Origin: Lentisphaeria bacterium
Lineage (GTDB): Bacteria; Verrucomicrobiota; Lentisphaeria; Victivallales; Victivallaceae
Length of the DNA: 11,557 bases
Assembly: GCA_017457105.1 (NCBI GenBank)
Contig: JAFTIA010000066.1
Coordinates: 1 to 11,557, forward strand
Reading direction: 5' to 3'
Shown here in pieces: positions 1 through 7,463 of the stretch. The number at the start of each line of letters is the position of its first letter. Position 1 is the stretch's first letter. The position numbers were made by a program, and so were the translations under genes. The notes under the pieces are model-generated. The model saw nothing but the letters and a program-made list of their open reading frames with translations. It was not told the origin of the DNA and did no database searches.

Positions 1-69
1 ACCTTTTGGAAAAGGTTCTTTCCTTCCCCCCCTGCACCCCCTCCATCCTTTTCCAAAACTTTTTATGTT

Positions 70-109
70 CGCTTTTTCATTTTGCGCTTCACGCAAAAAT
101 GAAAAAGCG
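70..109. repeat. AT-rich imperfect inverted repeat. The arms cgctttttcattttgcg and cgcaaaaatgaaaaagcg are 17-18 nt with one bulged A, around a 5-nt loop.
   Basis: Read directly from the sequence. The arms are reverse complements apart from one extra A. It lies in the noncoding-looking 5' flank. Confidence 0.5.
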
Positions 110-388
110 GGACATCTGTTTTGAAAATGAAGAAGTGCAGAAGGGAAATACAAAGACCTGTTTGCTTTCGGGGATGTTGAGCGTTTGCACGGTAACACTG
201 GTGGATTTTAGGCACATATTATGCAAGGATCAGGAGGTTCCGGAGCGAAGCGGCCCTGCCGCAGGTCCGGCGCAACGGAGACACTGTAACGCTGACCTGG
301 CCGGACGGCAGTGTAAAGAACATCCGTTTCAACGGTGACGATGCGGAACTGGTAAAATAAATCCAACTTCCGTTTCCGGAAAACTTAC

Positions 389-423
389 AGGCACATGACT
401 TTTGCAGTCATGTGCCTTTTTTT
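389..423 (+). terminator. Rho-independent terminator. Perfect 12-bp stem aggcacatgact / agtcatgtgcct with loop tttgc, followed by a T7 run.
   Basis: A perfect inverted repeat is followed immediately by ttttttt on the + strand. This is a classic intrinsic terminator, downstream of ORF fragments that end at 341 and 360. Confidence 0.7.
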
Positions 424-525
424 ATGCAGTGGACTGAACAAAGACTGATTTTTCTATATAGGATCCCATGTTGAGATTTGGCTCATTTTTGGTTCACTTT
501 GAGCTATGAATTTTCTGCAATCCAA

Positions 526-554
526 TTGACTTTTCTGCAGTTTCTTCCTATAAT
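526..554 (+). promoter_or_regulatory. Sigma70-type promoter: -35 TTGACT (526-531), 17-bp spacer, -10 TATAAT (549-554). Predicted TSS about 561.
   Basis: The -35 is a 5/6 match and the -10 a 6/6 match to consensus, with the optimal 17-bp spacer. It sits 40 bp upstream of the regulator start codon, and the purine-rich SD agagagagaa (583-592) follows. Confidence 0.55.
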
Positions 555-594
555 AATTTCAGCATTTAATACGGGAGCATAATAGAGAGAGAAC

Positions 595-1578
595 ATGAAG
601 AAACCGCAGAAAGCCACCGCGCTGATCGACTATATTTCCATGCAGGTCGCTGCCGGATTGTATCCGGTCGGTTCCCGGCTGCCGTCGGTCCGCCGTCTGG
701 CGATGAAGTTTGCTTTGAGTTACGGAACCACCCGGCGGGGGATCGGATTTCTGGTGGAAAAGGGTGTTTTACAGAACCGGGACGGCAAATTTTGCGTTGC
801 TCCCATAGAGCCGGATACCCGGGGGCGCAAATGTATTTCCGTTTTTCTGCATCCGCATGTTCTGGAAAACGGTAAAGGGATGATCCATACCGCTTTTGCT
901 CAAATGCAGGAACTTGCCGAGGAACACAATCTTCAGTTTGCCGTTTTTGCGGTGCCGGAATATGAGGTCTCGGAACAGCTGATTCTGGAAAAAAGCAAGG
1001 GCTCTTACGGGATCGTTCTGCTTTCGGAATATGATAATCACCTGACATCGTTGAATACACATCTTCCGGTGGTGGGGACACTGTGCCATCATTCTCTTGG
1101 CGGTGTGGTTTCCACGGTGAATCTGGATCCGGTAACGGCGGCAGGGCAGGCGGTGGATTTCTTTTTGCAGAGAAAAATCAATCAGGTGGCGATCGCTACG
1201 GCTACAGCCCCTGTTTATCTCTGGCGCGGCGATGTTTTTGAATCCATGTTCCGCCGGGCAGGAGGTTCTGTAAAATGGTATTACGGCTGGGATCAGGAAT
1301 GGGTCCCCGCGGCCGGAGAAGGAATTCTCTTTACTTCCGACTTTCTGGCCGAAAGTCAGATCCTCAAAATGGAGAAGCTGGGCGTGGATTTGACCGGCTA
1401 TCCGATTTTATCCATGGACGGCCGGAGAACGCTGATGCCCGGCAGTCCCTCTTTCCCCACGATCGCCTGCGATTGGGCACAAATCGGGCGGGCACTGTTC
1501 CGGGAAATCGTTCTGCAGAGCCGCTGCCCGGAACGGGTTTCACAGCATATTTATATTGAGGGAAAATTGCACCCTTGA
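595..1578 (+). CDS. GntR-family transcriptional regulator. The N-terminal domain is a winged HTH. The C-terminal ~250 aa look like a LacI/periplasmic-binding-protein-type sugar-binding domain.
   Basis: 327-aa ORF. The N-terminus (LPSVRRLAMKFALSYGTTRRGIGFLVEKGVLQNRDGKFCVAP) fits the GntR HTH pattern. The C-terminal half has the alternating alpha/beta character of PBP-fold effector domains. The start is at the ATG after a purine-rich SD, downstream of the consensus promoter. Confidence 0.8.
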   Translation: MKKPQKATALIDYISMQVAAGLYPVGSRLPSVRRLAMKFALSYGTTRRGIGFLVEKGVLQNRDGKFCVAPIEPDTRGRKCISVFLHPHVLENGKGMIHTAFAQMQELAEEHNLQFAVFAVPEYEVSEQLILEKSKGSYGIVLLSEYDNHLTSLNTHLPVVGTLCHHSLGGVVSTVNLDPVTAAGQAVDFFLQRKINQVAIATATAPVYLWRGDVFESMFRRAGGSVKWYYGWDQEWVPAAGEGILFTSDFLAESQILKMEKLGVDLTGYPILSMDGRRTLMPGSPSFPTIACDWAQIGRALFREIVLQSRCPERVSQHIYIEGKLHP

Positions 1579-1611
1579 CAATAATCAACAGGTTTTAAAA
1601 AGGAGTCTGCT

Positions 1612-2367
1612 ATGAGAGAAGTGAAAAGTTGCAAAGTTCATTTTACGCTGATCGAACTGTTGGTCGTAATTGCGATCATCGCCATTCTGGCATCGATGCT
1701 TTTGCCTGCACTGAATCAGTCGCGGGAAACGGCACGGAAAGGGGCTTGTCAGGGGAATCTGAAACAACTTGGAACGGCGGTCGCCATGTATTGTGATGAC
1801 TACAACCGTTTCCCCCTTCTGCAGGACGGGAGTACCAGCGGCTACAAATATTTGTATAACTTTGCCCGCTGGAAAAGAATGCTGGCGCCTTATGCCGGTG
1901 TCAGCATCGATGTCGGGCTGGAAGCAAGCAATAAGCCGGATCCGGTGGTTTCAACCGGTGTTTTCCGTTGTCCTTCGTGGGCCAATGAAAAAATGGTGAA
2001 ACCTCTTCCTGCCAACAGCTTGCAGCACGGTGGCGGTTATGGTTGGAATCACGGGGCACAGGGCGAAGCTTATGGTCTGGGGACCAAAACGCACAAGGCA
2101 CCGGGCTCCGTTTATAAACCCAGTGAAACGATTGCCATTGCGGATTCCTCGGATATTGCTACGGGCAACGGCGAAAAGGCCGCATTATATTACAAGGACA
2201 CTGAAGCGAGCGGCAAAGTCGTGGGCGATCGTCATTCCAACGGGATCAACGCTGCCTGGGTGGATGGTCATGTAAGTTATCTGACCCGGGGCGAATTTCT
2301 TACCGGCGGCGGCACATGGGGCGGCAACTGGAAGATGATGTATTTCCTCCGGAGCGATCAAAAGTAA
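1612..2367 (+). CDS. Prepilin-type N-terminal cleavage/methylation-domain protein with a C-terminal H-X9-DG motif (DUF1559-like pseudopilin protein of PVC bacteria).
   Basis: The N-terminus [34 protein letters not shown] is a class III prepilin signal: FTLIELLVV followed by a hydrophobic helix. The C-terminus [19 protein letters not shown] matches H-X9-DG exactly. AGGAG (1601-1605) lies 6 nt before the ATG. Confidence 0.9.
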   Translation: MREVKSCKVHFTLIELLVVIAIIAILASMLLPALNQSRETARKGACQGNLKQLGTAVAMYCDDYNRFPLLQDGSTSGYKYLYNFARWKRMLAPYAGVSIDVGLEASNKPDPVVSTGVFRCPSWANEKMVKPLPANSLQHGGGYGWNHGAQGEAYGLGTKTHKAPGSVYKPSETIAIADSSDIATGNGEKAALYYKDTEASGKVVGDRHSNGINAAWVDGHVSYLTRGEFLTGGGTWGGNWKMMYFLRSDQK

Positions 2368-2424
2368 GTTTGTATTCCATTCGTATTTTGTTTGTATTCT
2401 ATGAACGGCAGGCTCCTGCCGTTC
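2368..2424 (+). promoter_or_regulatory. Intergenic element array. GTATT occurs three times at exact 11-bp phasing (2372, 2383, 2394) inside two gtttgtattc direct repeats. A 9-10-bp perfect hairpin gaacggcagg/cctgccgttc follows at 2403-2424.
   Basis: Read directly from the sequence between the prepilin stop and the lyase start. No T-run follows the hairpin on either strand, so it is not a canonical intrinsic terminator. Confidence 0.35.
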
Positions 2425-2448
2425 AAAATCAATTATTCCGGGTGCTGA

Positions 2449-4680
2449 ATGAAAAAGTTGATTTGTTTTTTTATTTCTGTTGTTTGTTTCTGTCTTTTTG
2501 CAGCGGTGGATGCCGCTTCATTTCCGGAAGATCCGGATTGGATCCGGAAGATCCGGAAGGATCATCCCCGCATGATTTTTTCGGCCGATAATCTTCCGGC
2601 TCTGCGGGAACGGGCCGGAACGGTATGCCGCAAGGAATTTGAGGAGCTGAAGAAGACGGTGGATGCTTTGCCGGATGTGCCGGTCCATGCGTGGTCTTCC
2701 ACCGATACCGTTCAGCTGCCGGATGGCAGGATCAAGCCGAAATTTGCCTCCAGCCGGGCCTATAAAATGGTTCAGACAGACGGCGCATTTCAGGCGAATC
2801 AGGCCGCATTGGTCTATCTGATCACCGGGGATAAAAAGTACGCCAGGATCGCGCAGACGTATCTGCTCCACTCTCTGAAAGTATTGCAGATCTCCGAACA
2901 GTACGGGCAATGGGCGGACTGGCAGGGGAATTTCCGGATCAACCAGCTCCTTGCGTATGACTGGATCTGCAATACCCTGACACTGGAGGAACGGCGGGCC
3001 ATTCTTCTGCCCATTCTGGAATATTTGCAGAAATCCCGGAAAGGCGGCAAATTTACGTTCCGCCGTTCACCGGCTTCTCCCACCAACGGGAACTACGGGG
3101 AGGACAGTCTGCTGCTTTTTGCCGGACTTGCCGCATACGGGGACGGCATCAACGATGTCATGGCAGAAGAAATGCTCCGGCACGGCGTCAAACTTTTTGT
3201 GGACATGCTGGATTACCGGGAAAAACTTTCTGCCGGATCCGGGCTGCTGGCTTCGCTTGCGGTGACTTACAGCTTCGGGCCTTATCCTTACGCCTCTTTC
3301 TTTTTCTTTCACCTCTGGCGATCCGCATTCGGCGAAAATGTGGCGGGACGCTGGATGCAGATGTGCGATTTCCCCAACTGGTTTGACTTTGCAGCAATAG
3401 ACATCAATGACAGGGGCTATTTCCTCTTTCACGGTTTCGGGGATGTGATGCACCTGCAGAACCGTCATTCTGCGGATACGGTTTATACCCACATGGCGCA
3501 AGTGATCCATTTTTACGGCAAAGACTATCCGGAACGGGTTCAGTCCGCCTGGGGGACCCTGCAGCGGCTCCCGGCACGGATCAGTAAATTTGTGACGATC
3601 TATCCCTTCATGCCCTTCGCACTTACCGGATTCGATCCGGCGGAGATCCGGAAGGTGAAGGTGTCTCCGGCTGCCGCCAAACGTTATTTTTATAATTCCG
3701 GTGTGGGGCTCCTGCTGATGCGGTCCGGTGTCGGCAAAATGGATACCTTTGCCGGCTTCCGTTTCGGCGGGGATCGGGATGAACATCAGCACTATGATGA
3801 ATTGAGTTTTGTTATTTACAAAAATGGATTCCTTGCCCTGGATGGCGGTACCCGCTGTAATGCGTCGCACCACAATATGTATGCCGCCCAGACCGTGGCA
3901 CATAACAGCATCCTGATCCATCAGGAAAAAGAACCCATTGCCCCCTTCTGGCGGCCGTGGGGGGTAAAAAATCCGACGGAACCGGTCTATTCCCATGGCG
4001 GGCAGTTCCGGCACAAGGGCGGCAGGGCACTGGCTTTGCAGAGTACAGAAGACTTCATTTACGCCGCCGGGGACGGTACGGGCTATTACCGCCCGGAAAA
4101 GAGCAAAGAGGTCATCCGCCAGTTTGTCTATATCAAGCCGGATATCTTTGTGATCTTCGACCGGGTGGAATCTGTAAAGCCGGAACAGAAAAAGGAATTG
4201 ATTTTCCACGCTCAGAAAGAGCCGGTCAGACTTGCTCCGGACGAATGGCGTTTTGAGAATGGCGGCGTTCTTTACTTCAAAACGCTTCTGCCGGAAAAGG
4301 CGGATATCCAGTTTGAGGGCGGTCCCGGAAAGGAATTTCTGGCATCGGGGCGCAACTGGATGCCGGAAGGCGGGGAAAAGTGGGACCGCATGTATCAGCT
4401 TGCCGGAAAATGGGTGGTGAAAGTTGCTCATCCGGACTCTGCAAAATTGCGGAACGAGTATCTCCATGTTTTGCGGGCAGGGGCGGACAAGTCTGTAAAA
4501 AACATTGCTGCAAGTTGCGAAAAAAGGGAAGACAAGGTCCTTGTCCGGCTGACGGATGATAACAATGTCCGCTGGGTTCTCACCTTCAACCGTACCGGTA
4601 CGCCGGGGCTTCAGGTGCAGAAAATGCGGCAGGACGGCACCGTTCTGCTGGATAAGGCCCTGCCCAATCAGGTGGAATAA
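2449..4680 (+). CDS. Secreted polysaccharide lyase of the heparinase II/III-like type (PL12/15/17/21 architecture). It has an N-terminal alpha/alpha toroid (alginate-lyase-like) domain and a C-terminal heparinase II/III beta domain.
   Basis: 743 aa. The N-terminal signal peptide is MKKLICFFISVVCFCLFAAVDAAS. Composition and length match heparinase II/III-family lyases. The conserved-looking segment DRDEHQHYDELSFVIYKNGFLALDGGT resembles the His/Asp motif of the Hepar_II_III domain. The overlapping antisense ORF is R/P/G-rich and is a shadow. Confidence 0.75.
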   Translation: MKKLICFFISVVCFCLFAAVDAASFPEDPDWIRKIRKDHPRMIFSADNLPALRERAGTVCRKEFEELKKTVDALPDVPVHAWSSTDTVQLPDGRIKPKFASSRAYKMVQTDGAFQANQAALVYLITGDKKYARIAQTYLLHSLKVLQISEQYGQWADWQGNFRINQLLAYDWICNTLTLEERRAILLPILEYLQKSRKGGKFTFRRSPASPTNGNYGEDSLLLFAGLAAYGDGINDVMAEEMLRHGVKLFVDMLDYREKLSAGSGLLASLAVTYSFGPYPYASFFFFHLWRSAFGENVAGRWMQMCDFPNWFDFAAIDINDRGYFLFHGFGDVMHLQNRHSADTVYTHMAQVIHFYGKDYPERVQSAWGTLQRLPARISKFVTIYPFMPFALTGFDPAEIRKVKVSPAAAKRYFYNSGVGLLLMRSGVGKMDTFAGFRFGGDRDEHQHYDELSFVIYKNGFLALDGGTRCNASHHNMYAAQTVAHNSILIHQEKEPIAPFWRPWGVKNPTEPVYSHGGQFRHKGGRALALQSTEDFIYAAGDGTGYYRPEKSKEVIRQFVYIKPDIFVIFDRVESVKPEQKKELIFHAQKEPVRLAPDEWRFENGGVLYFKTLLPEKADIQFEGGPGKEFLASGRNWMPEGGEKWDRMYQLAGKWVVKVAHPDSAKLRNEYLHVLRAGADKSVKNIAASCEKREDKVLVRLTDDNNVRWVLTFNRTGTPGLQVQKMRQDGTVLLDKALPNQVE

Positions 4681-4770
4681 CCGGTTTTCGGCAGAAAAGC
4701 TTCCGGCGGCATCTGGTATTCCTGACGGGGGATGCTATATTACCTTGGAAATAACAGGGAGAGTGTGCCG

Positions 4771-6747
4771 ATGAAAGAATGTCTTACTCTGCTGAATATA
4801 GCCCCTCTGCTGCCGGGGCATGAAGCGGAGGTCGCCGGGGATATCCTCCGGATGTATGAAACCGGGGTGATTACAGAAAATGCCTTTATCATGTCCCTTG
4901 TCCCCGAGGGGGATCCTCCGGCCGACAAGGGGCGGATTTTAGGCGACCTTTTTCTTTCTCACCGGGCGGCTCTGGGCAAAACGGAGATGCCGGTGGGGAT
5001 TCTGCTGCAATCCACCATGGGGCACGGCTGGGTACCTTCCGCCCGGAGTGGATTTCAAACACTGATCGAGGGGAACGGGAATAAGCCGTACATTTTCTGC
5101 CCATTGGATGAGGGATTTCAGGAATATATTTATCATACTGTTGCCGCTCTTGCAAAACTGAAACCGGATTTCTTCATGCTGGATGATGATACCCGGCTGA
5201 TCACCGGCCGCGACGGCTGTTTCTGCCCCTTGCATGTGGCGCAGTTTAACCGGGAAAACGGCACCTCTTACGACGGGATTTCTCTCCCGAAGGCGATCAA
5301 TGAAGACCGCGGACTTGCTGCGGCATACGATGACCTTTTGAAACGCTCTGTATTGCAGCATGCCCGTACGATTCGCCGGGCCATTGACAGTGTGGACCCG
5401 GATCTGCACTGTTCTTTCTGTTTGTGTGCCCATGATGTGCGTCACGCTCCGGAAATGGCGGCAGTGCTGGCCGCCCCCGGGAAGCCTGTGACCATCCGTA
5501 TCAATCATGGTCTTTATCTGCACGACTCCCTGCGGGATCTCCCCGGGTGGCTTTGGATAACGGAGTGCCAGCTGCATGTTTTGGGGCCGGAGGTCCGGGT
5601 ATTTTCCGAGCCGGACACCTGCCCGCATAACAATTACTCCACCAGTGCCGCCATGCTGCACTTTCACATGGTCAACTCTATGCTTTCCGGCTGTAAAGGC
5701 GGCAAAATGTGGCTGAGCCGCACTGCCGTTCCGGAGCCCGCCAGCGGCATGCGGTATCGCCGGAAACTTGCTGAAAACCGGGGGTTTTATGAAACAGCGG
5801 CCAACCTTTCCCCGGCATGGGGCGGCGTGACCGGTCTGGTACCGGGACGGGATTTTTTGAATTTCCCGATGCAGGAACTGGGGAAGCCTGTTCCCGGAGC
5901 GGTGCGTCAGCCAAAGCATGAAGTGCGTGATTTGAATTGGAATGTAAAAGTTTTCGGCAGAATGGGGTATCCGGTTCGTTTTGCATCCGCTTCTGAATTG
6001 CATGATGGGGATGTGGCGGCGCTGACCGGGAGTGATTGTGCATTTTTGAGCGATGCAGAACTGGCGGCAGTTTTTGCACGATGTCATGTTTTGCTGGATG
6101 GAGCAGCGGCGGAGACCGTGGTCAGGTGCGGTTTCACTGCAGAAACCGGATTGACCGGGGCGGAGGAGATCCGCGGGAAAAGCGTTGCTCTGGAAACCTT
6201 CCCTGACGGCCGATATATTGCCGGGCAGACCCGGATGTTTCATCTGATCGCCTCCGATGCCTGCGAAGAACTTTCCCAATTGTGGCACAAGGATTTCCGT
6301 TATTCCCCGGAAAAAAGTTATATCGGCCCCGGAGCTGTGCGTTTTATCAATGCCGCCGGGCACACGGTGATTTCCACCGCGTGTTCTGTGCAGGAACAGG
6401 GGCACGGGGCGTTCGGGATGATGAACGAGACCCGGAAGGCCGTTTTGCGGGAATGGCTGGATGATCTTTCGCCGCTCCGGTGGTTTATTCCGGGCGATGA
6501 TGAGGTGCTTTTCCGGTACGGTACAGCGGATGGGGCGGATATCCTTGCAGTGACGGATCTTTCTCTGGATGATATGCCGCAAATCTCTCTGGCAGGGCAG
6601 GCGGCCGCCACGGTGGAAAAGGTGGAATTTCTGCAGCCGGACGGCAGCTGGAAACCCTGTCGTTTTGACCGGGTGGAGGATGGGGTGACCATCCACCTCT
6701 GCTGCCGCCCTCTGCATACACAGATCCTGCGGGTTCGCCGTGGATAA
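4771..6747 (+). CDS. Hypothetical cytoplasmic protein of 659 aa with no signal peptide. It may be a GH42-like TIM-barrel glycosidase-fold enzyme with a Cys/His metal cluster, but its function is unknown.
   Basis: This is a long ORF with protein-like composition. I chose the start at ATG 4771 because the SD GGGAGAG (4757-4763) precedes it, rather than the upstream ATG 4732. Cys110, Cys150-x-Cys152 and His155 (CFCPLH) sit at positions reminiscent of the Zn site in GH42 beta-galactosidases, and there is a second cluster CSFCLCAHD. The 848-aa antisense ORF is an R/P/G/H-rich shadow. Confidence 0.7.
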   Translation: MKECLTLLNIAPLLPGHEAEVAGDILRMYETGVITENAFIMSLVPEGDPPADKGRILGDLFLSHRAALGKTEMPVGILLQSTMGHGWVPSARSGFQTLIEGNGNKPYIFCPLDEGFQEYIYHTVAALAKLKPDFFMLDDDTRLITGRDGCFCPLHVAQFNRENGTSYDGISLPKAINEDRGLAAAYDDLLKRSVLQHARTIRRAIDSVDPDLHCSFCLCAHDVRHAPEMAAVLAAPGKPVTIRINHGLYLHDSLRDLPGWLWITECQLHVLGPEVRVFSEPDTCPHNNYSTSAAMLHFHMVNSMLSGCKGGKMWLSRTAVPEPASGMRYRRKLAENRGFYETAANLSPAWGGVTGLVPGRDFLNFPMQELGKPVPGAVRQPKHEVRDLNWNVKVFGRMGYPVRFASASELHDGDVAALTGSDCAFLSDAELAAVFARCHVLLDGAAAETVVRCGFTAETGLTGAEEIRGKSVALETFPDGRYIAGQTRMFHLIASDACEELSQLWHKDFRYSPEKSYIGPGAVRFINAAGHTVISTACSVQEQGHGAFGMMNETRKAVLREWLDDLSPLRWFIPGDDEVLFRYGTADGADILAVTDLSLDDMPQISLAGQAAATVEKVEFLQPDGSWKPCRFDRVEDGVTIHLCCRPLHTQILRVRRG

Positions 6748-6785
6748 AAATCTGCAAAAAACTCTTTTCTTCCTGCCAAAATCAT

Positions 6786-6813
6786 TTGCAAGTGCAGAAA
6801 AAAACTGTATTTT
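6786..6813 (+). promoter_or_regulatory. Candidate promoter for the nfeD-flotillin operon: TTGCAA (6786-6791), 16-bp spacer, TATTTT (6808-6813).
   Basis: Each hexamer matches consensus at 4/6 positions, with a tgt just upstream of the -10. It lies 40 bp upstream of the AGGAG-ATG at 6853. This is a weak call. Confidence 0.3.
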
Positions 6814-6852
6814 ATGACACAGGCTCAAAAGGTGTGCAGAAAGGAGTGGAAA

Positions 6853-7434
6853 ATGGAGATTTTGACAAAAACCGGAGAATTGCTGTCCCAGGCGCAGAGC
6901 GTGTATCTGTTTCTGGCGGTTCTGGGGTCTGTATTTTTTGTTTTCCAGCTGATCACCACATTGCTCGGCGGTTTTGGCGGGCATGATTTTGACGATGGCT
7001 CCTTTGAACTCCATGACCACGATGTGATGGATCTTTTCGGGCTGAAACTGGTTTCCATCAAGAGTTTGATCTCCTTTGTGACCTTTTTCGGCTGGGCGGG
7101 ATTTTTCTGGGGGGATCGCGGCTGGAGCGGATTTTTTCTGGCGTTCGGCTGCGGGTTCCTGATGATGTTTCTTACGGCACTTTCCGTTTGGATCCTGCTG
7201 AAACTTCAGCAGTCCGGGACGGTAGGTGCCAAGGATTGCGTGGGCTGTTCCGGCACGGTGTACCTGGCGATCCCGGCGGGGCGTCAACCCGGAGGGCAGG
7301 TCACGATCACGCTCCCCGGCGGGACGAGGCAGTCCAAAGCTCTGGCGGATGAAGCCATTGCAAGGGGGGAAGCCGTGATCGTCCGTGAAGCACTGGGGTC
7401 GGACTTGTTTCTGGTGGAAAAAGCTGGCGAATAA
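6853..7434 (+). CDS. NfeD-like membrane protein (short NfeD/YqiJ/YuaF type). It has N-terminal transmembrane helices and a C-terminal OB-fold beta-barrel, and is the partner of the flotillin gene downstream.
   Basis: I chose the start at ATG 6853, 6 nt after AGGAG (6842-6846), over the ATG at 6814, which has no SD. The product has 3-4 hydrophobic helices (FLAVLGSVFFVFQLITTLLGGF, SLISFVTFFGWAGFFW, FFLAFGCGFLMMFLTALSVWILL). The soluble C-terminus (GTVYLAIPAGRQPGGQVTITLPGGTRQSKALADEAIARGEAVIVREALGSDLFLV) is typical of the NfeD C-terminal domain. It sits immediately upstream of an SPFH gene, which is the conserved pairing. Confidence 0.8.
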   Translation: MEILTKTGELLSQAQSVYLFLAVLGSVFFVFQLITTLLGGFGGHDFDDGSFELHDHDVMDLFGLKLVSIKSLISFVTFFGWAGFFWGDRGWSGFFLAFGCGFLMMFLTALSVWILLKLQQSGTVGAKDCVGCSGTVYLAIPAGRQPGGQVTITLPGGTRQSKALADEAIARGEAVIVREALGSDLFLVEKAGE

Positions 7435-7463
7435 AACCTTTACCAAAGAAAGGAATGGAATCA

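Noticed and set aside
6-338. 110-aa + strand ORF at the window start, as a real protein
   Set aside because: Its N-terminal part is translated from a C/T homopolymer-like tract and an AT-rich inverted repeat, there is no SD, and the composition is not protein-like. I kept it only as part of an uncertain finding.
1575-1603. Internal promoter for the prepilin gene using the perfect TTGACA that overlaps the regulator stop codon
   Set aside because: No acceptable -10 hexamer lies 16-18 bp downstream (only aaaagg). The prepilin gene is more likely co-transcribed from the 526-554 promoter.
3067-4467. 466-aa ORF on the minus strand, antisense to the lyase gene
   Set aside because: Its composition is dominated by R/P/G/H with no recognisable domains, and it lies entirely within a well-supported + strand gene. 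It is a typical antisense shadow ORF of a high-GC coding region.
4681-4770. Terminator or promoter between the lyase and the 659-aa gene
   Set aside because: The ccggttttcggcagaaaagcttccgg region does not form a clean stem and has no U-run. TATATT at 4735 lacks a usable -35. There is no convincing signal either way.
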